DNA from: an uncultured Nitrospiraceae bacterium
GTDB taxonomy: Bacteria > Nitrospirota > Nitrospiria > Nitrospirales > Nitrospiraceae
NCBI GenBank assembly: GCA_963846575.1
Contig: CAWJWJ010000002.1
Span: forward strand, 1,504,001-1,568,000
Direction of reading: 5' to 3'
DNA: 64,000 nt
The notes under the pieces were generated by a model. That model was not told the DNA's origin. It saw only the letters and a program-made list of their open reading frames with translations, and searched no databases. Shown in pieces: positions 33,767 through 43,667 of this stretch (position 1 is the stretch's first letter; each line of letters begins with the position of its first letter). A program made the position numbers and the translations under genes.

Positions 33767-34279
33767 TTACGCCTTTTTTTCCGGTGTCTGGTGCTGCCAT
33801 TGACTCGGGGCAGAGGCGTGAGCCTGGTATGCCTGGCCGAATCCCAACACGAGGTGAGCATCCGTCATCTGGAGTTCCCAGATGGCAAAGTCGCCGAAAC
33901 CGAACATCATTTGCGATTGCGGGAACCTTGCCAGATAACGCTCCTTCACGACCGTGTAGGACACGTCGGTGGGCGGCAGTACCGTTGCCGTACCCTGCAG
34001 ATTGATGCGTTGCAACGCCAGGGGATTTTTCCCGGGTTTGTCCGGCTCGGCAAGAAACAGGCTGACGCGAGCATTCGCGAGCAGGTGCTGGGTGTGCAAT
34101 GCCAGCCGGCTGAGGTGGAGATATACACGGCACCAGTCGGTTCCGAACACATAAGGGACGTGAGAGCCGAAGGGATGGCCGTCCCGCAGGGTCAGCAATA
34201 CACCGGTACGTACCTCATCCACCAGCCGCCGCCAGGCGGCCTGAACCTCTTCACTCGACATGTCATCCGCAATAGGCAT
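33767..34279 (-). CDS. Pyridoxamine 5'-phosphate oxidase-like (HugZ-like) protein
   Basis: GHPFGSHV, LSRLALHTQHL.ANARVSL, GFGQAY; ATG at 34279 with AGGAGG. Confidence 0.85.
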   Translation of the reverse strand: MPIADDMSSEEVQAAWRRLVDEVRTGVLLTLRDGHPFGSHVPYVFGTDWCRVYLHLSRLALHTQHLLANARVSLFLAEPDKPGKNPLALQRINLQGTATVLPPTDVSYTVVKERYLARFPQSQMMFGFGDFAIWELQMTDAHLVLGFGQAYQAHASAPSQWQHQTPEKKA

Positions 34280-34469
34280 GAGCCAACCTCCTGGTCGGGT
34301 CATTGTATCGGCGGCGGGGGAATTGTCCAGAGATCGTGCATTGCCGACATGGCCTCTCTTTTGAAGCCATAGTCCGAGTCGATGTCCCTTTGCGCCCGGG
34401 AAGGACGACGGAGTAACATGGGCTCGACATGGAGCGAGGCTGCAGAAGGATGGAAAAGGGAGATATACA

Positions 34470-34871
34470 ATGAGAGACATGCGGCTGGGGATCGTGCTGG
34501 CAATCATCTGTATCGCAACGGGAGTAAGCGGCTGCGGTGGAAAACAAGCGGAGATCAAGGAAGACCGGCTGACGGTAGGTCGAGTTCAAGGCGAAGTGAA
34601 AGTAGGCATGTCCGCAGCTCAGGTGGCGGAGCTGCTGGGTTCCCCGAATATCGTGACCACGGACGATAAGCGCCGCGAAGTCTGGATCTATGACAAGGTG
34701 TCGACTGACCGTGTGGACACTGCGAGTTCCTCCTTTGCGGGGCTCATCATTCTCGGCGCCAACTCCAGTGACCGCTCGAGTTCACAACGGCAGCGGACCC
34801 TCACCATTATCATTAAGTACGACGAAGAGAAAAAGGTCCGTGATTTTGCCTATAACTCTACCCAATTCTAG
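34470..34871 (+). CDS. BamE/SmpA-OmlA-like lipoprotein
   Basis: Lipobox VSGC; VGMSAAQVAELLGSP, EVWIY. Confidence 0.75.
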   Translation: MRDMRLGIVLAIICIATGVSGCGGKQAEIKEDRLTVGRVQGEVKVGMSAAQVAELLGSPNIVTTDDKRREVWIYDKVSTDRVDTASSSFAGLIILGANSSDRSSSQRQRTLTIIIKYDEEKKVRDFAYNSTQF

Positions 34872-34911
34872 AATCTCGGGTCGACAGCGCCTTGGTTCGA
34901 CCGCTGGCCTG

Positions 34912-35463
34912 GTGACCGGTCTGATGGTGGTGCTGTCGATATACGGCTGTGTGCGCCAGACACAGCCTGCGGAATTATTCCAACTCTCTCCGGAAAGTAA
35001 TGCCAACCGGGCGATGCAAACCCGCTTTTTCGAGACGGCCAATAGCCGGGAACTACTGTCGGCCTCGGCCGCTGCGTTACAGGATCTTGGATTTCAAGTC
35101 GAGGAGAGCGTACGTGAAGTCGGGTTCTTGCGGGCGGCAAAGGAACGCAGTGCGCGGGAGTACGGACAATACCTCAATCAGTTTTTCGTCTGGCTCCTCT
35201 CGTTGGGCCACGTCATCATGCCAGTCGATTTGCATCAGAAGATCGCCGCCACCATTGTGGCGCGCCCGGTCACTCAGGACGGCACGAAGCAAGAGGTTCG
35301 AATCATGTTCTACCGGGTGCTGTGGAAGGGCGACGGTCAAAGCGACCGCAATTACATCCCGCCCGGCGAGCAGAAGATGGAAATGATCCGCGATCCTGAC
35401 ATCTACCAACAGTTTTTTGCGAAACTTTCGAAGGCTGTGTTTTTAGAGCCGTATACGATCTAA
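34912..35463 (+). CDS. Hypothetical lipoprotein, paralog 1 (start uncertain)
   Basis: IYGC lipobox; RAMQTRFFE, LQDLGF, YQQFFAKL. Confidence 0.75.
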   Translation: MTGLMVVLSIYGCVRQTQPAELFQLSPESNANRAMQTRFFETANSRELLSASAAALQDLGFQVEESVREVGFLRAAKERSAREYGQYLNQFFVWLLSLGHVIMPVDLHQKIAATIVARPVTQDGTKQEVRIMFYRVLWKGDGQSDRNYIPPGEQKMEMIRDPDIYQQFFAKLSKAVFLEPYTI

Positions 35464-35475
35464 TTGCGAGGACTC

Positions 35476-35913
35476 ATGACTTGGAGAGGAACGGGGCGAG
35501 CGGCTGTGGTTCTCATCGGATGCATGACACTATCTGGCTGCACAGCGCCGGAACCGCGCAAGGAACTCTTCGCGCCAACCGATGCGCAAATGAAAATACG
35601 TAGTGCACAGAGCCGCACCTTCGACGTCCAGGATGGTACGAATGCCATGCGCGGCGTGATCGCGGCCTTGCAGGACTTGGGATTTATCATCGAGCGAGCC
35701 AATGAACCCTTGGGACTGGTGACGGCCGCCAGATTCGCCGAGCCGAACTATTATGACGTGCTGGGGGTGACGGTGACCGTGCGCCCGCAGCAGGACGGAA
35801 AGACGATGATCCGCGCCAATGCCATTTATAACAATAAACCAATCGAAGACCCCAAGGTGTACCAGAACTTTTTTGCCGCAGTGGAACGCTCATTGTTTCT
35901 CACCAAGGACTAG
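35476..35913 (+). CDS. Hypothetical lipoprotein, paralog 2
   Basis: LSGC; RSAQSRTFD, LQDLGF, YQNFFAAV. Confidence 0.78.
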   Translation: MTWRGTGRAAVVLIGCMTLSGCTAPEPRKELFAPTDAQMKIRSAQSRTFDVQDGTNAMRGVIAALQDLGFIIERANEPLGLVTAARFAEPNYYDVLGVTVTVRPQQDGKTMIRANAIYNNKPIEDPKVYQNFFAAVERSLFLTKD

Positions 35914-35915
35914 GC

Positions 35916-36515
35916 GTGACGAGACGAACTGCTTGGGTTTTCCGCCCGCCACTATTCGCCATCCGCCGGTTCGTTGCCTGTTTTCTGGGCCTGGCGTGTT
36001 TGACCACCGCGTGCTCGCCCTATGAGTGGCGGCACGAAAACCAATGGGAATCGCGCGACCAGATCTGGCTTTCGGAAGCCAGCCAGGTGAAGGTACGCTC
36101 GGCCCAAAGCCGGGTGTTCGACACAACCGATCGCTCCAAAACGATTCAGGCGGTGGTCTCGACGTTTCAGGATCTCGGCTTCGCAGTGGAAGTCCTGGAT
36201 GAGGAGCTGGGTATTGTGTCCGGCAAGAAATTCGACGATTATGAATCTCCCCTGGGGGGCGACCCGTCTTTCTATACCTACCGGGACGACGGGCTTTTGA
36301 TCCTGACCAGACAGTTCCGGAGTTGGGGACCCTTCTATCACCGCAGCGACCTTGTCCGCCTCACCGCTACGGTCAGACCTCGTGGCGACAGGCAACTTGT
36401 GGTGCGCGCCAGTGCACAGTACTATCTCAAGGCCGTTGAGACGCCAGAACCCTATCAGCAATTTTTTCGAGCCCTGGAACAGGCGCTCTTCATCCAGCCC
36501 CACACCTCGCCATAG
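35916..36515 (+). CDS. Hypothetical lipoprotein, paralog 3
   Basis: TTAC; RSAQSRVFD, FQDLGF, YQQFFRAL. Confidence 0.78.
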   Translation: MTRRTAWVFRPPLFAIRRFVACFLGLACLTTACSPYEWRHENQWESRDQIWLSEASQVKVRSAQSRVFDTTDRSKTIQAVVSTFQDLGFAVEVLDEELGIVSGKKFDDYESPLGGDPSFYTYRDDGLLILTRQFRSWGPFYHRSDLVRLTATVRPRGDRQLVVRASAQYYLKAVETPEPYQQFFRALEQALFIQPHTSP

Positions 36516-36890
36516 GAATGGCGCAATCCTCATCACCTGCTAGTTCAGCCGCACAGCATATTCGGCTTTCCACTGGACCAAGGATCGGAGAATTCCTATG
36601 AGGTTCACCCGTTTCATAAAGACAATCTTGTGCAGGGAGTGGAGGGTGACCAACGAAATCCCGAAAGTTGCCCAGACTGACGGGCATGATTCGTTCGGCA
36701 CTCTGGCACAAGAGACAAGCAGATTTGCGGGACACCTAAGGCAGAGTCGTTGTCCCCGACCGTCCCTGCTCCTGACTGGATTCAAGGACGCTTCCTGCAC
36801 AGGGTAAGTTCTGTACCCGCTTCTGCCAGTCACGGCAGCAATTTGTGTACGCGTCTCTCCCGGCAGCCTGTAGCCTGTCGCCCGACCTCC

Positions 36891-36919
36891 TTGACACTTG
36901 CCAGTGCTCGGCCTAGCCT
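36891..36919 (+). promoter_or_regulatory. sigma70 promoter TTGACA-17-TAGCCT
   Basis: Perfect -35, 17-nt spacer, upstream of dodecin. Confidence 0.65.
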
Positions 36920-36962
36920 GATGGCTCAGAGGCAGTGCTCACCTTCAACCGGGAGGCCTATC

Positions 36963-37166
36963 ATGTCTGTCGCACGAGTAACGGAAATCATTGCCGCTTC
37001 TCCGAAGAGTTTCGACGATGCGCTCCACCTGGGCATTGCACGCGCGAATAAGACTCTCCAGAACGTGAAGAGTGCCTGGATCGAAGATCAGAAGGTGGAG
37101 ATTACGGATGGAAAAATCACGCAGTACCGCGTGGCACTCAAAGTGACGTTTGTCCTCAAAGACTAA
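36963..37166 (+). CDS. Dodecin family protein
   Basis: MSVARVTEIIAASPKSFDDA...RANKTL.NVKSAW...YRVALKVTF; GGAGG RBS. Confidence 0.92.
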   Translation: MSVARVTEIIAASPKSFDDALHLGIARANKTLQNVKSAWIEDQKVEITDGKITQYRVALKVTFVLKD

Positions 37167-37175
37167 GGGAGCTTT

Positions 37176-37352
37176 ATGAAAAATGTGGAGATGACCGTCG
37201 AGGGAACTCTGTTGACGATCAAGGTGGATCTCTCGAAAGAGTTTGGACCATCAGCCTCGGGAAAGACCATTATCATTGCCTCGACGGAGGGCAACGTCAC
37301 CATCCCGGACCGGGAAGAAAAAATCGGGCTGAATGTTTATCGGAAGAAGTGA
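37176..37352 (+). CDS. Small hypothetical protein (58 aa; not in ORF track)
   Basis: MKNVEMTVEGTLLTIKVDLSKEFGPSASGKTIIIASTEGNVTIPDREEKIGLNVYRKK; GGGAG RBS. Confidence 0.8.
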   Translation: MKNVEMTVEGTLLTIKVDLSKEFGPSASGKTIIIASTEGNVTIPDREEKIGLNVYRKK

Positions 37353-37519
37353 AGGGGTTCGGATGCCGGGCCTTCTTCGGTAGATCCGCGCATGCAGTGC
37401 CATGGCATCGGCGAAGAACCGTGGAGAACATCCGCCTGGATTCTTGTCGTTAAACATAGGACAATGCGCGGCGGGGTAGTGGAGTGACCACCCCACGATC
37501 TGTGATGGGTAGACAAGCC

Positions 37520-39085
37520 ATGTCCATGACAGCAAAGACGCTGGTTGAATCTACTGGGCCTGCTGTCCTGATCGTCGATGACGATCCTGACATCGGACTC
37601 GTGCTGCACGATCTTTTACGACATGACGGATATCAGGTGCAGGTCACTTCCACGGGAGCGGAAGCACTGGCTCGGGCCAAAGACGCGTCATTTTCGGCCG
37701 TCTTGCTCGATTTGATGTTACCGGACATGGACGGTCTCTCCGTCCTCACCTTATTAAAACAAATCGATCCTCTCTTGCCGGTCATTATGCTGACGGCGTT
37801 TGTTGAAGTGGCCAAAAAGCATGGATCCCTCACCGAAGGCGCGTTCGGCTATTTGACCAAGCCCTACGATGGGGAGGAACTGAAAGCTCTGATCAAGCGT
37901 GCGGTCGGAGTGAAACATCTTTCGATTGAAGCCGCTGCGGCAAAAAAAGCATTGTCCGCCAGTGAGGATCGGTTCCGCGAAGTCGTGCAGACGGCCCCGG
38001 ACGCGATCGTGCTCGCCGATGGAGCGGGGTACATTCTGACATGGAACAAGGCGGCCGAGCGGCTGTTCGGGTATAACGCAGGGGAGGCACAGGGACAGTC
38101 TCTGACGATGATCATGCCCGAGCGATATCGGGTTCCCCACCAACTGGCGCTGCAGCGCATCAGCACGACGGGGGAATTGCGCCTGAAGGGGGCTACGGTG
38201 ACCATGCATGGCTTGCACAAGGACGGCCGGGAATTTCCGATTGAGATGTCGCTCAGCAGCTGGATTTCCGGAGGTCAGCGGGTGCACTGCGGTATCGTGC
38301 GAGACATCACCGCCCGGAAGGAGTCAGAAGCACGACTGCTGCAGCAGCAGCTTGAACAGCAGGCCCTGCTGGACTTGATCCCGGCAATGGTTTGGTATAA
38401 GGATCCGCACAACCGTATCCTGCGCGTGAATCGCCGTGCAGCCGAATCCCTTCAGAAGCCCATCGCCGAAATCGAGGGGCATACAACCGAAGAGTTCTAT
38501 CCGGACGAAGCTGAGCGGTATCATCAGGACGATCTGGAAGTCATCGTGTCAGGGCGGCCCAAAGTTGGGATCGTAGAGCCCTATCGCGCAGGGTCGGGGG
38601 AGAAACGATGGATCCAGACCGATAAGGTTCCCTATCTCGACCCGGGAGGGCATATACTCGGTGTGTTAGTGTTCGCGCAGGACATCACGGAGCGCCGGCG
38701 GACAGAGGAGGCGTTGCGTGAAACTGAGGAGCGATTACGCATCCTGATGGAATCCGCGCTGCATGGTCTTGTCATGGTCGATGCAGGCGGAACGATTCTC
38801 ATGGTGAATGCCCGTCTCGAAACCCAATTCGGGTATGAAAGCGGTGAACTGCTCAGGCGGGCGGTAGATAGCCTGCTGCCGCCGCGGTTGCGCGCTCGGC
38901 ATTCCGAACAGCGATCCGCGTTCCTGGTCCACGCTGAAGAGAGCTCGCTCAGTAACCGCCGCCACCTGATAGGCGTGCGGAAGGACGGAACGGAGTTTCC
39001 CCTGACTATTTATTTGAACCCCCGGGCGACCACGGAGGGGGTGTATGTCGTTGCCTCGGTAGGCGACCCGCATGGGGTCGCGTGA
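37520..39085 (+). CDS. Receiver + three PAS domain protein with no output domain
   Basis: VLIVDDD, LLDLMLPDMDG, YLTKPY; three PAS/PAC blocks. Confidence 0.85.
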   Translation: MSMTAKTLVESTGPAVLIVDDDPDIGLVLHDLLRHDGYQVQVTSTGAEALARAKDASFSAVLLDLMLPDMDGLSVLTLLKQIDPLLPVIMLTAFVEVAKKHGSLTEGAFGYLTKPYDGEELKALIKRAVGVKHLSIEAAAAKKALSASEDRFREVVQTAPDAIVLADGAGYILTWNKAAERLFGYNAGEAQGQSLTMIMPERYRVPHQLALQRISTTGELRLKGATVTMHGLHKDGREFPIEMSLSSWISGGQRVHCGIVRDITARKESEARLLQQQLEQQALLDLIPAMVWYKDPHNRILRVNRRAAESLQKPIAEIEGHTTEEFYPDEAERYHQDDLEVIVSGRPKVGIVEPYRAGSGEKRWIQTDKVPYLDPGGHILGVLVFAQDITERRRTEEALRETEERLRILMESALHGLVMVDAGGTILMVNARLETQFGYESGELLRRAVDSLLPPRLRARHSEQRSAFLVHAEESSLSNRRHLIGVRKDGTEFPLTIYLNPRATTEGVYVVASVGDPHGVA

Positions 39086-39534
39086 ATCTTCGGATGGTCC
39101 TGATCATCAGCGTACTGGGCTTCGTCGGCTTGTTGCTGGTGATTGGAGTGCGCACCTTCATCCGTTGGATAAAAATTCACTACCCCCGGCGCGCCTCCGC
39201 CATCCTCACGGCATTCACGATCGGAGCCATCGCGACAGGGTGGTTGATTGTGCTGGAAATACAAGACCAGCCCGCTTTTCAATCGAATGATCTCATCACC
39301 CTGCAGGAGCCGGTGGTTGCGACGACCATTCCAGCCGACCGTGAGGCCCGTGCCGTTCCCTGCGTGGTGGATCTCCGGGCGCATCTGGGTGTGATGGAGG
39401 TCGAGATCGAGAGCGGCAGCTTGAATGCGCGCGTGGAGAGTAACAATACCTCGTCGCCGTTATACTGTCCGATCGGCGCGGACGTCCGGATTGACATCGC
39501 GTGGCTCCACCGGCCGACGGTGACGCGGCGCTAA
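39082..39534 (+). CDS. Hypothetical membrane protein
   Basis: GTGA overlap with upstream gene, two TM segments, two Cys in the C-terminal domain. Confidence 0.65.
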   Translation: MNLRMVLIISVLGFVGLLLVIGVRTFIRWIKIHYPRRASAILTAFTIGAIATGWLIVLEIQDQPAFQSNDLITLQEPVVATTIPADREARAVPCVVDLRAHLGVMEVEIESGSLNARVESNNTSSPLYCPIGADVRIDIAWLHRPTVTRR

Positions 39535-39576
39535 CACACAGCTCCTTCCCGAAACGATTCCACCTCTGTCCCACCT

Positions 39577-40707
39577 TCACCGAGGCTCAGTCAGTCGCGT
39601 CTTGCGAAAAATCTGCACGAGCGCCCAGACGAAGAGTCCTCCTTCCAGCCAGCCGAATTGTTCTCTGCGGGGCACGGCCGTCGCCGACCCCTGTGGTCTC
39701 GAAGGCCAAATCGCAGCATGACCCGGAGAGCTTGTTGGTCCGGGGAGCGAAGCTCCAGGCTCCGCCGGCGTGCCTGCGTTCCGGGCTGCAGATTCGCCGG
39801 AGGCCTTTTCGGAATCCACGGTGACGGCGTCTTTTGACGGAACAATCCGCGCACCGGCTCGCCTGGCATAGACCTTGGTGAATTCTGCCCCGAACAACAA
39901 AATTTGCGTCGAGTAGTAGACCCATATGAGCAGAATGACCAAAGATCCGGCCGCACCATAGGCAGACCCGACGTCGCTTTTGCCGAGATAAAGCCCGATC
40001 GAGAACTTTCCAATCGTAAAGAGAAGGGCCGTGATTGCGGCACCCACCCAGACATCCCGCCAAGCCACCTGGGCATCAGGAAGGACCTTGAACATCATGG
40101 CGAACAGTGCGGTGATGACGACGAAAGACAAGAGGGCGTTCATCAGGTGCAGGATAAATTCAGGCGCGGGCAGCCACCCCTCGAAGACCCTGCCCAGAGC
40201 TGCCAATCCGGCGCTCAGGACTAACGACACCAGCAGCAGAAACCCGGTCCCGAACACGGCCAGAAAGGAGAGGAAGCGATCCCGGATGATGGCCCAGACC
40301 CCCTGCGTGGTTGGTTCAACCTCCCAGATGCTGTTCAACGAATCCTGGAGCTGTCCGAATAATCCTGACGCCCCGATCAGCAACGTCGCGAGCGCCGTGA
40401 CCGATGCCACGATGCCGGTGGCCGGCTGACTCGCGCGCTGAAGCATGTCCTTGATGGCCGCGGTGCTTTGTTGGCCGAGCAGATTTTCAAGTTCTTGCAG
40501 GATGTAGCTCTGCGCCGCCTCCTGTCCAAAGACCAGCCCGATCATGGCGATGATGATGATGAGCAGCGGAACGATCGAAAACACGGTGTAGTAGGCCAGG
40601 GCTGCGCCATGGCGTGGGATCTTGTCTCGACTCCATTGAGCAGCTGTTTCCTTCAGCAGGTCCCACATTTCGCGGGCGCTGGATAGACTCAAAGTGCGAA
40701 TGATCAT
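39577..40707 (-). CDS. YihY/virulence factor BrkB family protein
   Basis: GAALAYYTVFS, SAYGAAGSLVILLIWVYYS. Confidence 0.92.
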   Translation of the reverse strand: MIIRTLSLSSAREMWDLLKETAAQWSRDKIPRHGAALAYYTVFSIVPLLIIIIAMIGLVFGQEAAQSYILQELENLLGQQSTAAIKDMLQRASQPATGIVASVTALATLLIGASGLFGQLQDSLNSIWEVEPTTQGVWAIIRDRFLSFLAVFGTGFLLLVSLVLSAGLAALGRVFEGWLPAPEFILHLMNALLSFVVITALFAMMFKVLPDAQVAWRDVWVGAAITALLFTIGKFSIGLYLGKSDVGSAYGAAGSLVILLIWVYYSTQILLFGAEFTKVYARRAGARIVPSKDAVTVDSEKASGESAARNAGTPAEPGASLPGPTSSPGHAAIWPSRPQGSATAVPRREQFGWLEGGLFVWALVQIFRKTRLTEPR

Positions 40708-40805
40708 TCTCCTCGCATGCCTTTCGATGTTGGAACCGGAGTAAGGCCGAACATCCTGAAGATTTCGAATGTCATCATGCCATCATGGCCGATTCGTCTT
40801 GGGAA

Positions 40806-40851
40806 CTAGGGCTTCCCCGAGCTACTTCCAATGCCTGGCAGATGTTACGTT
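40806..40851 (+). promoter_or_regulatory. Box CTAGGGCTTCCCCGAG + CTACTT-18 nt-TACGTT promoter
   Basis: Recurring box upstream of hemerythrin-katE; extended -10. Confidence 0.68.
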
Positions 40852-40917
40852 TTTAAGGCGCGTACCCGCACGAGCAGTCCCCAAGAAAAACAGTCATCAC
40901 GAAGAAGGAGAGAGCTA

Positions 40918-41439
40918 ATGGCAAAGACAGCGGTCATGGCATCCGGAATTATTGAAATGTTGAAGGAGGATCATAACAAGGTGAAGGGACTATTCGAGGA
41001 GTTCGAATCCGCGGAGGGCCGGGAACGAGCCGGGATCGCAAAGACGGCCCTTCAAGAACTTGAAGTGCATGCCAACCTCGAAGAATCACTGATCTATCCG
41101 GCCATCAGAAAAGAGATTGACGGGCATGACTTGATGAGTGAGGCAATCGAGGAGCATCACCTTGTCCATGTCCTGATCAAAGAGCTCAAAAAACTCAAAC
41201 CCGGCGATGAGAAGTTTCAGGCCAAGTTCACGGTGCTCGGCGAGTTGGTGAAGCACCACATCGAGGAAGAAGAGAACGAAATGTTGCCGCAGGCAGAGGA
41301 AAGTGACCTGGATTGGGAGTCGCTGGAGGCGCGCGTGATGACGCGACGGGAGGCGTTGATGGCCAAAGCCAGCGGGCGAGGTAAACCGTCCAGGCGTGCT
41401 TCGTCCTCATCGAGAGCGTCGAAAAAGTCTGCCCGGTAA
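40918..41439 (+). CDS. Hemerythrin (HHE) domain protein
   Basis: DHNKVK, HANLEESLIYP, EEHHLV, HHIEEEENEMLP. Confidence 0.9.
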   Translation: MAKTAVMASGIIEMLKEDHNKVKGLFEEFESAEGRERAGIAKTALQELEVHANLEESLIYPAIRKEIDGHDLMSEAIEEHHLVHVLIKELKKLKPGDEKFQAKFTVLGELVKHHIEEEENEMLPQAEESDLDWESLEARVMTRREALMAKASGRGKPSRRASSSSRASKKSAR

Positions 41440-41480
41440 ATTAGATTCACGAACGGCTGGTCCCACTTGAGGAAATCACC

Positions 41481-43667
41481 ATGGCCAAAGATCGTCCCAA
41501 ACGCGACAACAAAAATAAGAAGGTACAGGCTCTGGACAGTGTGCGTGAGGAGTCCGGAGAACAATATCTCACTACCAATCAGGGCCTGCGGGTCAATGAT
41601 GACCAGAACAGTTTGAAGGCCGGTTCGCGAGGCCCGTCGCTCCTTGAGGATTTTCTCCTCCGGGAGAAAATCACGCATTTCGACCATGAGCGCATTCCGG
41701 AGCGGGTCGTCCATGCCCGGGGGTCCGCCGCCCATGGATACTTTCAGGTCTACAAATCCATGGCTTCGATGACCAAGGCGAAGTTTCTTCAGGATCCGAC
41801 GCTCAAGACTCCGGTGTTCGTACGTTTCTCCACTGTCGCAGGGTCGAGAGGGTCCACGGATCTTGCACGGGACGTCCGTGGATTCGCCGTCAAGTTTTAT
41901 ACAGAGGAAGGCAACTATGACTTGGTGGGCAACAACATGCCTGTCTTCTTCATCCAGGACGCCGTGAAGTTTCCCGACCTGGTTCACGCGGTGAAGCCGG
42001 AACCTCACCACGAAATGCCGCAGGCCGCGTCCGCCCATGACACGTTCTGGGACTTCATTTCACTCATGCCGGAATCCATGCATATGATCATGTGGTTGAT
42101 GTCGGATCGAGCGATCCCCAGAAGCTTCCGCATGATGGAAGGTTTCGGCGTCCACACCTTTCGTTTCGTGAATGATCAGGGTGTCGGTCGGTTTGTGAAG
42201 TTCCACTGGAAGCCCCTCCTGGGTGTCCACTCTGTACTGTGGGATGAAGCTCAAAAGATCTCCGGGTTAGATCCGGATTTTCTCCGGCGAGACCTATGGG
42301 ACGCCATCGACGCCGGTCACTATCCGGAGTGGGAATTGGGAGTGCAGGTAGTGGAGGAGAAGGATGAACATAAATTCGAGTTCGACCTCCTCGATCCGAC
42401 CAAGCTCATTCCTGAAGAACTGGTGCCTGTGACACGAATCGGCAAAATGACGCTGGATAGAAATCCTGATAATTTTTTTGCCGAGACCGAGCAGGTCGCA
42501 TTTCATCCCGGGCATCTCGTCCCGGGTATCGACTTCACCAATGACCCCCTCTTACAGGGACGCCTCTTCTCCTATACAGACACACAGCTTATCCGGTTGG
42601 GTGGTCCCAACTTTCATGAAATTCCCATTAATCGTCCGATTGCTCCGTTACACAATAACCAACGCGACGGACATATGCGCCAGACCATCAATGTTGGACA
42701 GGCGAGTTACCACCCCAACTCCTTGGGTGGCGGGTGCCCCATGCAGGCCAAGGGAGATATGGGCGGATTCCTCAGTTATGCAGAGAAACTGACAGGGTCC
42801 AAGGTCCGGGAGCGCAGCAAAAGTTTCTTCGATCACTTCAGCCAAGCGGGCCTCTTCTTCCGAAGCCAATCGGGTCCGGAGCAGGACCATCTGGTGCAAG
42901 CCTTGCAGTTCGAACTTGGGAAGGTCGAACGTCTTCCGATTCGAGAACGAATGGTCGGCCTCCTGGCGCATGTCGACAAAGGGCTGGCTTCGCGTGTGGC
43001 CGAGGGCTTGGGCCTGCCGGTCATGAAAATAGATGGCCCGTTGAATATGAGTGTCCCGGCGGACGGGGATCCGAAGGATTTTCAACCGAAGCGAGCGACT
43101 GCGACGCTGGAAAAATCGGCAGCTCTTAGCATGGTTCTGGCTCCAAAAAAGGGGATTCAGACCAGGAAAGTCGCCATTCTCGCGGCCGATGGGGTGGACG
43201 GCGAGGCGGTTCTGGGGATGAAGACAGCATTGACGGCGGCGGGAGCCATGGCCAAAATTGTTGCACCTCGCTCTGGAGTGCTGAAAGCCATGGATGGAAG
43301 CGAGATGAAAATCGATTTCAGCCTCTTGACCATCGGTTCTGTACTGTTTGATGCGCTCTATGTCCCGGGCGGTGAGGAGAGCATCCGCACGTTGCTGCGC
43401 ACGCCCAAGGCCGTGATGTTCACGCAGGAAATCTATCTCCATTGTAAAGCCATAGCGGCCACAGGGGCCGGTGGAGATGTGTTACAGGCTGCCCTGACAA
43501 CACTTGGCCCATCCAGCCGGAAGGGTACGAGCGGCGAGGTCCCTTCCGACGACGCCGTCGTGATGTCCCGTGAAGGCTCCGGAAAACAGATTGCAGCGCG
43601 TTTCATCAAGGCGATGGAATCGCACCGTCAGTGGGATCGGGAAGTCGCGCTGGCGAGCCCTCAGTAA
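41481..43667 (+). CDS. katE: Large-subunit monofunctional catalase (HPII type)
   Basis: FDHERIPERVVHARG, RLFSYTDTQ, C-terminal DJ-1/PfpI-like domain. Confidence 0.96.
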   Translation: MAKDRPKRDNKNKKVQALDSVREESGEQYLTTNQGLRVNDDQNSLKAGSRGPSLLEDFLLREKITHFDHERIPERVVHARGSAAHGYFQVYKSMASMTKAKFLQDPTLKTPVFVRFSTVAGSRGSTDLARDVRGFAVKFYTEEGNYDLVGNNMPVFFIQDAVKFPDLVHAVKPEPHHEMPQAASAHDTFWDFISLMPESMHMIMWLMSDRAIPRSFRMMEGFGVHTFRFVNDQGVGRFVKFHWKPLLGVHSVLWDEAQKISGLDPDFLRRDLWDAIDAGHYPEWELGVQVVEEKDEHKFEFDLLDPTKLIPEELVPVTRIGKMTLDRNPDNFFAETEQVAFHPGHLVPGIDFTNDPLLQGRLFSYTDTQLIRLGGPNFHEIPINRPIAPLHNNQRDGHMRQTINVGQASYHPNSLGGGCPMQAKGDMGGFLSYAEKLTGSKVRERSKSFFDHFSQAGLFFRSQSGPEQDHLVQALQFELGKVERLPIRERMVGLLAHVDKGLASRVAEGLGLPVMKIDGPLNMSVPADGDPKDFQPKRATATLEKSAALSMVLAPKKGIQTRKVAILAADGVDGEAVLGMKTALTAAGAMAKIVAPRSGVLKAMDGSEMKIDFSLLTIGSVLFDALYVPGGEESIRTLLRTPKAVMFTQEIYLHCKAIAATGAGGDVLQAALTTLGPSSRKGTSGEVPSDDAVVMSREGSGKQIAARFIKAMESHRQWDREVALASPQ

